NCBI RefSeq assembly: GCF_001194135.2
Contig: NC_069000.1
Location: forward strand, 46,500,755 to 46,564,754
Reading direction: 5' to 3'
Source: Octopus bimaculoides
Taxonomy: Eukaryota
DNA length: 64,000 nucleotides
Numbering within the stretch: position 1 is the stretch's first letter; each line of letters starts with the position of its first letter. Positions 23,402 through 36,410 of this stretch are shown one piece after another. Both the position numbers and the translations under genes were made by a program. Under the pieces are notes generated by a model. It worked only from the letters and a program-made list of their open reading frames with translations. It did no database searches and had not been told where the DNA came from.

Positions 23402-24997
23402 GGTATCCAACAGCGACACAATAGCCGAGTCCGTTTCTTTGAAGTATCCATTCGTTACTGACAGGTTTCAGTACCTCAGCCATCATAATCCTATGTGTAC
23501 ATAGGCGTAGTGGAAGAGGACTCGTGGGGTCGGCGCTAAAACCTGTTCTCCTGCCTCATTTTATGTTTGTCAGTTTGTTTTGTGAACTGTATTACCATTC
23601 GTATTATCATTCGATTTCATTGTAAATTTTAAAACTCATTTTGTGTGTCTGACCCCAAATCGGGCTGTATTGTCCCCTCTATGTTGGCCCCGTGTGGGCA
23701 ATAAAGAAACCAGGCGTATATGTATAAATGCATGGATGTATATATTCATTCAAACAAACCATATATTGTGCAACCATCTCTATTTACCCACCATCCAATA
23801 GTGAATTTGTCTGAAACAGAAGACATTACAAACCCACCAGCCAGACCATCCAACTCGCAAATCGTTCCCATGGTGATACAGCGAACCAATTGCTGTAGAT
23901 ATGCTTTACAGCTACCTGAGGTATTTATAGATCTACCTACACGGCAGCTTGGGTAGGCTTGCTGCCACCGTGTACTTAGCTTCGCTTGGAACTGCTGATG
24001 TTGCTGTTGTTGTTGTTGTGGTTACTGGCGGTGGTGGTGGTACTGTAAAACTTTTCTCTTTGTTACATCTATCTAAAATAAAAAAAACCCCAAATACCAA
24101 TCATACCAAATGTACAACGAAAGTTTAATTACGTGCACGCACATATTATAAATGTAGATCTATAATNNNNNNNNNNNNNNNNNNNNNNNNNNNNNNNNNN
24201 NNNNNNNNNNNNNNNNNNNNNNNNNNNNNNNNNNNNNNNNNNNNNNNNNNNNNNNNNNNNNNNNNNNNNNNNNNNNNNNNNNNNNNNNNNNNNNNNNNNN
24301 NNNNNNNNNNNNNNNNNNNNNNNNNNNNNNNNNNNNNNNNNNNNNNNNNNNNNNNNNNNNNNNNNNNNNNNNNNNNNNNNNNNNNNNNNNNNNNNNNNNN
24401 NNNNNNNNNNNNNNNNNNNNNNNNNNNNNNNNNNNNNNNNNNNNNNNNNNNNNNNNNNNNNNNNNNNNNNNNNNNNNNNNNNNNNNNNNNNNNNNNNNNN
24501 NNNNNNNNNNNNNNNNNNNNNNNNNNNNNNNNNNNNNNNNNNNNNNNNNNNNNNNNNNNNNNNNNNNNNNNNNNNNNNNNNNNNNNNNNNNNNNNNNNNN
24601 NNNNNNNNNNNNNNNNNNNNNNNNNNNNNNNNNNNNNNNNNNNNNNNNNNNNNNNNNNNNNNNNNNNNNNNNNNNNNNNNNNNNNNNNNNNNNNNNNNNN
24701 NNNNNNNNNNNNNNNNNNNNNNNNNNNNNNNNNNNNNNNNNNNNNNNNNNNNNNNNNNNNNNNNNNNNNNNNNNNNNNNNNNNNNNNNNNNNNNNNNNNN
24801 NNNNNNNNNNNNNNNNNNNNNNNNNNNNNNNNNNNNNNNNNNNNNNNNNNNNNNNNNNNNNNNNNNNNNNNNNNNNNNNNNNNNNNNNNNNNNNNNNNNN
24901 NNNNNNNNNNNNNNNNNNNNNNNNNNNNNNNNNNNNNNNNNNNNNNNNNNNNNNNNNNNNNNNNNNNNNNNNNNNNNNNNNNNNNNNNNNNNNNNNN

Positions 24998-25050
<53 letters not shown>

Positions 25051-25689
25051 GTATATACATATGTATGTATGTATATAAAATGTGTGTATATATACATATG
25101 TTTTATATAAAAGTTAATTATATATACACACACATATATATGTAAGGTTTATAATTATATATAATGTTTCGTGTTATATATATAGATATATATATGTATG
25201 TATGTATAGTGTTTCTTAAAGCCGAAAACATCTTAACAAACTGTATTCAGTTCACGTTACCGTTCGTCGGACTGTTGTGATGAATACTGAATTAAAACTG
25301 CGATGGTACACGTAATGTAATGTGATGTAATACGATGTAGGTATTACAAATGTAATGACTACATTGTGTTACATCATATTATATTGCATGTAGAATCACA
25401 ATTGTAATAACTGTCCTTGTTTTGCAGTTATGTGCTAGCTTGTGTATGTGTGTGTGTGTGTGTGTGTGTCTGAGCATACACGCACACATTAGGTAATAAA
25501 TCGTATGATATACATCGTATGATATAAATCGTATGATATGTTTATCGATCACTACAATTGTTTCAACCCATCTAGCATCGATCCCTCAAGGGTAAGATAT
25601 CGAAAAACTGATTTAGGAGTATCCGTCGGTGTAGATGTGTCTCTTCGGATACTTCTAAGTCAGTTGTTAGATATTCCACCTGCGAGGGA

Positions 25690-26010
25690 TTCAAGTCGAG
25701 TAGCTCATCCCTGAATAAGATTTGTTTAAGGATGTTGAACGAAACGCCTATGTTTCCAAAGGTGAATTATTCAAGCACCAAAGAATTCCTCTTGACACAT
25801 GGCTATGACGCTCCCCCACTACTTCTGCTTGTGATCAGAGATGCACATATCGTCAGCCACCAAGGGACATGCTCAACTGGTTAAGGACAAGCAAATCTGT
25901 GGTATTGAGCAGAATATTTGCTGTAGCCCATCTTTTATACCAAGACAAAACATGTACATGATAACACTTCCATTCAGCTAAGATCAGAAGTCATGGTACT
26001 GCACTAGGGC
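25690..26010. mobile_element. Interspersed repeat (SINE-like), remembered as common in octopus
   Basis: aagggacatgctcaactggttaagg...caaatctgtggtattgagcagaatatttgctgtagccc; single copy here, so only memory-based. Confidence 0.4.
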
Positions 26011-26041
26011 ATATATTGTTATTATTATTATTATTATTATT

Positions 26042-26240
26042 CATATATACACAACAGATTTGACTGCTGGAAAAGAAAAACTCCTAACATCAAGCAACAA
26101 CAAGTAACCTTAGATGCCAAGAACCCTCCTAAGTATTCTAGTTGTCCCTAATAACAGTTTTCCGCAGCTCTACTAAGCTGGCCTTTATGCCAATTTCCTC
26201 TATCCATCTGTTCAAACCTTTAGGGACATCTCTAAAGAAT
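26042..26240 (-). mobile_element. 3' end of an R4/Dong-type (RLE) non-LTR retrotransposon
   Basis: Translates VPKGLNRWIEEIGIKASLVELRKTV-/-LGTTRILRRVLGI*, the typical QK..LLGTARILR.VL terminus; (AAT)n on its sense strand at both flanks. Confidence 0.75.
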
Positions 26241-26265
26241 TCTTCTTCTTCTTCTTCTTCTTCTT

Positions 26266-26370
<105 letters not shown>

Positions 26371-26673
26371 TGCCCTTTTNNNNNNNNNNNNNNNNNNNNN
26401 NNNNNNNNNNNNNNNNNNNNNNNNNNNNNNNNNNNNNNNNNNNNNNNNNNNNNNNNNNNNNNNNNNNNNNNNNNNNNNNNNNNNNNNNNNNNNNNNNNNN
26501 NNNNNNNNNNNNNNNNNNNNNNNNNNNNNNNNNNNNNNNNNNNNNNNNNNNNNNNNNNNNNNNNNNNNNNNNNNNNNNNNNNNNNNNNNNNNNNNNNNNN
26601 NNNNNNNNNNNNNNNNNNNNNNNNNNNNNNNNNNNNNNNNNNNNNNNNNNNNNNNNNNNNNNNNNNNNNNNNN

Positions 26674-26717
<44 letters not shown>

Positions 26718-26898
26718 GAGAATGTACGAAAAAAACAACAACGAGACACAGACACACACACATAGCGCACATGTACACATACATACATACGCATGTGTAC
26801 ATATGTATACATAATACGCTTTTTGTTTCACGAATGAGAGAAAGATTACTAAATAAATGCTTTAAAGTATATTATTTCAGCTTCATATATATCGCACG

Positions 26899-26930
<32 letters not shown>

Positions 26931-27170
26931 CACACACACACACTATAATCCTACACGTACGCTCACACATACACTCCACGCACACAGAGAATAACAGGTA
27001 TGTTTACTGGTCCAGAAGTGTCTGGTTGTGTGTCGAGGTGTACGTATCAGACTCTATCAGTTGCGTCTGTATATAAAAACGAATTTGGTATCTTAAACCA
27101 GAAATTATTCCGCTGGATCCGAATAATGGAACACTGTGTTAGAATAGAACACCCCTTCTCAACCCACACA

Positions 27171-27213
<43 letters not shown>

Positions 27214-27584
27214 NNNNNNNNNNNNNNNNNNNNNNNNNNNNNNNNNNNNNNNNNNNNNNNNNNNNNNNNNNNNNNNNNNNNNNNNNNNNNNNNNNNNNNN
27301 NNNNNNNNNNNNNNNNNNNNNNNNNNNCACAGAATTTTAAATAAAGACCAACTAATAGTTTCATGTTGTAGAGATGCAATAAATTGGCAGATTTATATAA
27401 TATGCCAAGTGTCTCCAAGAATCTTCCAGGCTCAGTGCGCAACGTTAGACGTATTTAAAAACCAGGACGTTGCTCAACGAGAAGACAATAAAAACTAAAA
27501 ATAAAAATACTAGAAGAAAAAAAGTGGAACTAAAAGAAAGAAAATTAAAAAAAAACCATGATCTGCGTTCTCTCTGTAGAAATT

Positions 27585-27630
<46 letters not shown>

Positions 27631-28029
27631 TCACTATATATATATATATATATATAGTCTTTTATTCTTTCGATGTGTAATTCCGTGTACTCTTCGCTGG
27701 ACGGTAAAAATTGTCTGGAATATATATTAATATTAATACTAATAAAGAGTATGGAGGCATACATATGTGAAGGCTTATGGCAAGCGGTTAGAGCGTTGGG
27801 CTCACAATCTTGAGGTAGTGAGTTCATTTCCTGGTCCGAGCTGTTTGGGCGATTGCTGGTCTTCCACAAACAACCAGGACTTGTGCCTCGGAGGGTAACC
27901 TTCTAGATGCAATCCCACGGATTTTACTAATGTAAAATTCACGTTGCAAAATAATTCTACCAAATTGGGAAACATTTCTCGAAGCGAGCTACAATCCCTT
28001 GAAAATTTGTCGGGTGCTATCACCATCTA

Positions 28030-28310
28030 CATTATGAAAATTATTGCCACCAAATGTAAAGAAAGCCGGTATGCAAATGGCGAAATAGATCTTCCAGAGC
28101 TTTGCTCTCTGAAGAGATGGAAGTGATATCTCAAACCAGCATCAACATCAACATGTTGTATACAAGGATTACAAAACATTCTCTCAAGATTCGCCTACAT
28201 CAGTGCAGCAATTCGTTCCATCATCACCAAGAAATCATCACAGAACTTTCAAAAGAGACCAATTGCATCACGTACACTAGATTAGGCCTAAACATTTACG
28301 AGTAACTATG
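28030..28310 (+). mobile_element. Penelope-like element, GIY-YIG remnant
   Basis: YTRITKHSLKIRLHQCSNSFHH..ITELSK resembles YIG.TE..FK.R...H..SF.H....TELSK; upstream C-rich piece (ELCSLKRW / EVISQ). Confidence 0.55.
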
Positions 28311-28895
28311 GATTAAGTAACCTTGTCTTCACAGAGAAGTTTCACATCATTCAGCATCCTTGAACCATCGCAAATATAAGAAACTAATTTGCAACTTGTA
28401 AATATAAAACAAATCCTTTAGAGTTTCTTTGACTTGTTATAGTCATTGGACTGCGGCCATACTGGGGCACCGCCTTGAAGGTTTAGATGAACAAATCGAC
28501 CGCAGAACTTAGTTTTTAAGCCTACACTTATTTTGTCGGCCACTTTTGCCGAGCCACCATGCTACGGGGACGAAAGGAAGTCAGTCTTGTCGATACATTT
28601 TCTTTGAGAATTTCAAGCAAAACCGTGCTTAGTGGCAGACACTAACCAAAGAACAACACTACTAACGCCGCTTAATGTTATCTGATTACTGTTGAACCTA
28701 CAGACGTGAACAGTGGGATGATAAAATGCAATAGCAATTCCTTAGGGATATTGTCCGTTACTCTCATTCACACACACACACACACATTCGTGTGTGCATT
28801 TGTGTGTGAATTTAAATGCATACATACATACATACATACATACATACATACATACATACATACACACATATGTGTTTATATATATACACACACTC

Positions 28896-28950
<55 letters not shown>

Positions 28951-29026
28951 GGGAGAGATAGATAGATAGGGTGTATGTGTGTGTGTAGTAAAATGTGTAT
29001 GTGTAAAGTGCAATATCCATCCATCC

Positions 29027-29073
<47 letters not shown>

Positions 29074-29596
29074 GTGAGTAACAAGGAAATGTCACAAAGT
29101 AAGAACACACTTCGACATTTAGGGACCAATATCTACAGACTCGCAGACATTTCTTAGGTAAGTAGTTTCCTCTTCCTCAGTCTGTTATAAGGAATGCGAT
29201 AATGGTATTTAGAGAAACAGGCATCAGCACAGGTGGGGGGAGGGAGAGGAGGACGGGAAGCGGAAAACTACTCATACACCTACTCCCACACACACACACA
29301 CACGTTAACAAACACATTCACACCCATACTCATACATTCAATCACACTCACACACACACACACACACACACGTGTATTTTTGTGCATGTAAAAAAGATCA
29401 GTGGTTGTTTACTTATATATATATGTATATATATCGATAGACGAGTAGGTAGATAGAAACACGCATATGCATATATATATGTGTGTGTGTGTATTTATAT
29501 ATACCCAGATATGCATCTATATATACATGTAGATGTAGGTATGTACATACATGTACGTATATATGCATAGACTCATACATACATACATACATACAC

Positions 29597-29670
<74 letters not shown>

Positions 29671-30599
29671 GTATGTATGTATGTATATATATAAATCAAG
29701 GATACAGATCCTCTTAAAGGGATGTCAGCATCCAAGTTTTCCAGTTATATCCAGTGTATCAGTGAAAGCTAAAGATGTTAGCTTCACATATTAAAAGTTA
29801 GGATTATTCCACAGTAGCAATAGAACGAACGTCTTTAATTCTGACAGCGCTACTAATTTGTCTTTTTATTGGTTTATTAGGTCTCTACTTATTGATGCTT
29901 AATACATATATATATAAAGTAAAATTAAGAATGAACTTGCGATGATAAATATGTCGAAAATATAGGCATTCGTAAATGTGTGATGGTGAAAACAAATCGC
30001 AACCTCTTCATAAACCACTCTTGCGGACTATGTCATCAATGAGCCGGTGTTACGGCCGCTGTAACAGCCCAGAATGTACCCCTGTCCAGACTATATCCCA
30101 TGCTTGCAGACAAGCATGTACCTCACTTATAAAAGTTGCCTCAGAACATATTCAAAATTTAATATTGATCGATGAAGAATTAAAAAAGTTATATGTAAAT
30201 TTCGATTTAAACATAGCAATTTAGAATTATCAAATGCAAATATTCAACATTGCAAAATAAACTCAATGTTTAAGTAAATTGGAGAAAAATTGACGACTCG
30301 TGCATGTTGCGCAACGCACCTGTATTACGAGTCGTAGCCTTGACTCGCGCAAATGTGGCTATTCGTGTTGGACTTATATTGGTACATTTTAAAGTATTTT
30401 GCATTTGGTAATTCTAAATTGCTATGTTTAAATCGAAATTTACATGTAACTTTTAATTCTTCATCAATTGATATCAAATTTTATATATGTTCTGAGGCAA
30501 CTTTTATAAGTGATGTACATCTATGTTATTTGTCCGCAAGCACGGGGTATATTCTGGCCTGGTTGTCTGGTTGTCTAAATGTATCAATCTCTATTAACC

Positions 30600-30845
30600 T
30601 GTGATTATGTATGGCTACCTGTATTTACCTCTACTTACTGATACTTAGGTAAGTACAAGCTATGTCTACCTGTATCTACCTGTATCTACCTGTATCTACC
30701 TGTATCTACTGACATTTACTCGTACCTATATTACCTACCTTAATCTACCAATACTTACTTATATGTGTCTATACCTACCTTTAGCTACTTATGCCTACCC
30801 ATATCTACCTGTACTTACCTGTATGTACCCATACCTACCTGTACG
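30600..30845. repeat. 10-bp minisatellite (TGTATCTACC)n with degenerate flanks
   Basis: Three perfect units 30671-30700 plus degenerate tacctac/tacctg units either side. Confidence 0.85.
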
Positions 30846-31089
30846 TCGCTGATAACACGTCAAAGTAAAATATAGTCTACAAAATTTGGACGCTGGCAGC
30901 ACAGCTATCAGCTTTACCAAAACTTAGTAACTTTGAGGTGTGTGGGGGGGAGCAGGTGTGTCTGTGTGCATGAATGTGTTGCGAGAGCCCCAGCTGGGAC
31001 AATAACATCTACAAAAGGTCGGGACAGCGGGACAGAGAAGTAGCAGCAAAAACGACAATAACAACAACAATTTCATTATCTGCGTGTGC

Positions 31090-31132
<43 letters not shown>

Positions 31133-33662
31133 GCAGGTTAGAGAATATACATCTATGTTGACAGCAAATTGAGTTAACAATGAGATATTGAGGTGTATTT
31201 AATTTGGGAGATGGAGCGTATACGGTTCATAGCCTTTTACATATATATACATATATATTATGTGCGCGTATNNNNNNNNNNNNNNNNNNNNNNNNNNNNN
31301 NNNNNNNNNNNNNNNNNNNNNNNNNNNNNNNNNNNNNNNNNNNNNNNNNNNNNNNNNNNNNNNNNNNNNNNNNNNNNNNNNNNNNNNNTATATATACATA
31401 TATGTATACATATGTGTGTTAAGTATTATATTTATAATAGAAATGAAGTCAGGAACAACATTCTTGTGTTAATTAGAAATCCATCATGTGTGTGTATATG
31501 TGCGTGTATATATATATATATATATATGCATATATATATAAATAATATGAGCGTCTATCAGCGCCACCTGTGCACATGTGATGGCAATGCGTAACATGGT
31601 GGTAAACAGATTGCTATGATTATTATTATTAATATTGTAAGCCAGCTCATACTGCGTTCAAATACTTGGACAACATTTACCTCTTTATTATGAATCATCT
31701 TCTGAACAAACCAGACACCTACACACCACCAGTTTCCATCCAGATTCTCACATTCCATTACCATATAGTTTTTGAGACTCATCACCCTCTCACCTTTCCT
31801 TCTTTCCCTTTCTCCCTGACGCTCTCTCTCTCTCTCTTTCTTCGTCTCTTTTCTGTCTATCAGCTTTTGCATTTGAAATATATTACAGAGCAAAAGAACG
31901 GTAGGAAGAGGAAGAACAAACTGTTGTTTCTGCGTGTCTAGTTTAGCGTTTCTCAACCATTCTTTCTTCTGTTCTTGGGGAACTCTTAAACTACATTCCA
32001 TGTCTCGGGGAACCCCGACATCAAATTTATTATATATCTTCATAAATCATTTTCCTTTCTCTTTCATAAGGTAAAATCTGAGAAGCGGGCTCAGAAAGTT
32101 CGCCGTGAACATTTTCGCCCTGAGAAAATTTGCCGTAGGAAACTTCACTGTAAGAAATTTCGCCGTATAGGGAAATTCGCCGAATAGTCAATGATAAAGC
32201 GTATTATATCAATATTTTAAAAATAACAATAATATAAAAGAATGATAAGAGGTTTTATAAGAGCATTAAATAGGTAAATAATTAAAGGTATTCAACATCA
32301 AACATTAAAAACCGGGATAAAGTGATTTAAAACGTATGAAAATTGCAAGCAACGCCATGTATTTTACTACGGCAAAAATGTTTACGCTGCTTTTTCTGTA
32401 ACTCTTTGAAAGGTTTGGCAATGCTAAACTCTATTAGACACCACAATATAAAAACAGTTTAACTAAGACTTTCTTTATATCAAATCCCCCTACAATTCCC
32501 TGTTAAAAGGTAATTTTCCCCTTTGGGGGTGGGGGATCTCCTTACTAGCAAAAGACGTTAGCATTTCTTAACTTGGGGGAAATATTCTGCGCGTGGTTGT
32601 GTATAGGTGCAGGCAAGGCTGTGTGTTTAAGAAGCGCGTTTTGCAAACAGATGGTTTCAAGATCAATCCCACTGCGTGGCACCTGGAACATATGTTTCCT
32701 ATTACTGCCCCGGACCGAATATGAAAACCGTTCAAGGTGGTGCTCCAGCATGGCCACAGTCCAATTACTGAAACAAATAAAAGATTATATATATATATAT
32801 ATATAAATTACGTATAAAAGTCATAAGCAATTCATGGGTTTGTTAGCAAATGATTGAAACAAGTAAAAGAATAAAAGAATATGCATAGATTTATTTGTTT
32901 ATTTTTCTCAATTTCTCACAGAACCCCGATGGAGGATTTATCTGTTATCTCTAAGACACGGAGAGTACCTACTTCCATAATGCTATCATCACTGAGTTGT
33001 CATCTTTGTTTTTGCTTCCCTCTGCTCTCATATCGTTAGATAATTAGGTCTTACTTCGAGAATACCCCATCCCCTTTATCAAGCCATCACGACCCCCTAT
33101 CATTCTTCTAATGTCTTCTATTCTTGTTTATCAATATCTCTGAAATACTTTCCTTCCTGCTGCAATAAAAACATTGCAAAAATAACAAGAGCATCCTCAC
33201 CACCACCACCACCACCTCCACAAGCATTACAATCTGTAAGCGCAACAGTAAAAATACGAAAGACTTTCTTAAAGTTCGGTATGTAACATTTATCATTGCT
33301 GTTATCTAAATTCCAAAGATGGCGCTTTTATTTCTTTGCTAGAGACCAATTCCTTCCTTCTAGTTTCAATAAATAAAAAGATAAGATATATACATACATA
33401 CATACATGCATACACGCATACATACACACTAACATACATACACACATCCGCACATACATACATACAGACATACATCCACACATAAACACATAAACANNNN
33501 NNNNNNTACAGACATACATCCACACATAAACACATAAACACAAGCATACACGTACACATACCTTACAGCTTATTGGTGTCTGTCTACCTATTGGTCTGTC
33601 TCTTTATTTGTATGTGTCTACCATCAATGTCTGTCTGTGGGTCTGTAGATAGGATGATAGGA

Positions 33663-33729
33663 TGACGTCAGCAATGTTTTGATTCAACCAATGAAATCTA
33701 CCCGATGTCTTACGTCATCGATGACGTAA
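33663..33729. promoter_or_regulatory. CRE / CCAAT / bZIP-palindrome cluster
   Basis: TGACGTCA 33663-70, CCAAT 33688-92, perfect palindrome TTACGTCATCGATGACGTAA 33710-29. Confidence 0.5.
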
Positions 33730-34525
33730 TGCATCCACCTAAACTGATATAAACTTAACTTTTCACTAAATTCTAAAGAAAATGGAAATTTTTTTTTTTT
33801 TGTATTGTAAAAAATGTTATTCCAGTAAGCGACGACGACAATAGGAACAACACGATCACCACCACCGCCACCGCCGCCACCACAACCACCACCACCACCA
33901 CNNNNNNNNNNNNNNNNNNNNNNNNNNNNNNNNNNNNNNNNNNNNNNNNNNNNNNNNNNNNNNNNNNNNNNNNNNNNNNNNNNNNNNNNNNNNNNNNNNN
34001 NNNNNNNNNNNNNNNNNNNNNNNNNNNNNNNNNNNNNNNNNNNNNNNNNNNNNNNNNNNNNNNNNNNNNNNNNNNNNNNNNNNNNNNNNNNNNNNNNNNN
34101 NNNNNNNNNNNNNNNNNNNNNNNNNNNNNNNNNNNNNNNNNNNNNNNNNNNNNNNNNNNNNNNNNNNNNNNNNNNNNNNNNNNNNNNNNNNNNNNNNNNN
34201 NNNNNNNNNNNNNNNNNNNNNNNNNNNNNNNNNNNNNNNNNNNNNNNNNNNNNNNNNNNNNNNNNNNNNNNNNNNTCATCATCATCATCATCACCACCAC
34301 CACCACCACCATTATCATCATCACCACCATCAACATTGTTGCATTTAATTTATCAGTAAATTTATCTAATTTCTCAGGTATTTCTAGTGTTTTCTCTTTC
34401 TTTTTCTCTCTTTCATTCTCTCTTTCTCTCTCTCTCTCTCCTATACAATACACACACACCCACCCGCACACATACTTTCCCTTTATAATTTCTTTCCTTA
34501 CTTCCTTCATCTCAATCTGCCTCTC

Positions 34526-34560
<35 letters not shown>

Positions 34561-34812
34561 TTCTCTCTCATCCACCCCCTCTTTCACTCTCTCATTTCCT
34601 TCACCTCTCTCTCTCTCTATCTCCTTCCGTCCCCTCCCCCCTCTAACATGACACATCAACTAGTTTGTTGAACTAGCAAAGATATTAAATTCTTCTAACA
34701 CCCACTTCATATAAGTATATACATGCGTACATACATATATATACATATACACAAGCATACATACATATATATATATACAAATAAGTACATACACATAAAT
34801 ATATATATGTAT

Positions 34813-34843
<31 letters not shown>

Positions 34844-35629
34844 GTTTAGAAACATATACATGCGTACTTGTACACCTATGTACTCACGCACACACAAGTA
34901 CTTATATATGCACATATACATAAGCATGCCTAAACACACACACACACACACACACTCCTCAGCACATCCCAGCAACATTAAATAACTAAATATTTGGAAA
35001 ACATCCAAAGTGAAAAAAGTTGTTAAATTTGGAAGATTCTAAGTCTGCCACAGAATGCGCGCGCGTATGTGTGTGTGTGTGTGTGTGTGAGTTATTAATA
35101 CCATCGTTTTTGTGACTGTTTGGTGATTCTATTAATATTGTTGTTGTTGATGTTGATGTTTTTGTTATTCATTTCATTAAAAAATTACTTCTGCTTCTCT
35201 GTTTAGTCGTAGACAAATGTGGAATGATCTGTAAAGCTGCCACAATCAGGCGAGACAATTATCTCCAAAAACAGTGAAATGTTTCCACTGAAAGAATTTG
35301 CTTAAACACGACAAAACCGAAAAGTTGCACTCAATATACACAGAAATACGGAAATATTTTAGCAGAAGTAACTAATATATCCAGAAATTCTTCGAAAATT
35401 ACAAAAACATATTTACTACTAAACATTGCAGAATGGATGATGGTGCTACCAAAGAAGTCAAAGATATAAAACAGACCACACAAGAATATCAACACTTTTG
35501 AGCATGAAAGCTCTGTACAGACAACTCCAAAAAACGATTAAATAAGATAGATCTGATTCCAAGGAATCCCTCTGAAAGTGGAGCCTGAAGGTCTGATGAA
35601 TGGGATTTAGATTCCACCGGATGTTATGC

Positions 35630-35960
35630 CAAGTGCAGTTTCATCCGTTTGACCATTCCCTACTTCTCAACATAGTCACCGTTTCTCTCAATAGCAATAT
35701 TCCACCTTCGAATGAGAGCATGTATCTCTGCCCCGTAAAATTCTGTTGACTGTTCTTTAAGCCACTTCTTCACTAAAGTTTTCACTTCCTCGTCACTGGA
35801 CTGTCATCTCTTCGGCCCCATAAAAGAGGGTTTCAGAGGCAAACATTATTCGGTTGCCACATTTTACTGCTTTTCATGCATCTCTGTCCCTTTTGTGTAT
35901 CGGGTATTTGGTTGATATTTCCTGTTCCTAGATTGCAAATGCACACCCTTCAAAGTGAGA
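35630..35960 (-). mobile_element. Internally deleted mariner remnant
   Basis: SDEEVKTLVKKWLKEQSTEFYGAEIHALIRRWNIAIERNGDYVEK* (stop 35660-62), classic mariner C-terminus; N-terminal-like piece ~35880-35920. Confidence 0.85.
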
Positions 35961-35989
35961 GGTGGTTATCCGGTTGTTGGTCCATGATC

Positions 35990-36410
35990 AATGTTACTAT
36001 CACCTCGCAGCTTTCCATGCATAGTCTTCTACTCATATATGATCATCCTTTCATCTGATGATATGTTGCGATAGAGTCGTGCGACTTCTTTGGGAATGTA
36101 TCTAAGGTTATCAGACAAGGAATGCTGCTCAATGAGCTGCCTTCCAAGTTTTATGATGTTGTTATCAGCCTCATACATACAAACTTGGTCAAGGGATGCA
36201 CTTCGACACTTGGTAGCTAAAAGATGTTACCGAAAGGATATGGAACGACATTCAGAAGCAGTTTGGAACGATGTTAAGCTTTTGGTGCCTTGTTTTCGTT
36301 TTAGGCAGAGGCGGTCTGCATCACTGTTGATGTGGAAATTATGTGTGCTTGTTAGTATTTTCCAGGTTTTTACATCAATGGCCCGGATCTCATCAAGCGT
36401 CTAATCTATG
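35990..36410 (-). mobile_element. R4/Dong-type RLE LINE remnant (post-RT region)
   Basis: LDEIRAIDVKTWKILTSTHNFHINSDADRLCLKRKQG...KTMHGKL, cf. IDRKTRK.LT....HPKSDVDRLY.PR..GG and KPLHG. Confidence 0.75.

Noticed and set aside
26042-26110. R4/Dong LINE as the mobilising partner of SINE family A
   Set aside because: The 3' ends do not resemble each other and the tails are opposite strands, (AAT)n vs (ATT)n.
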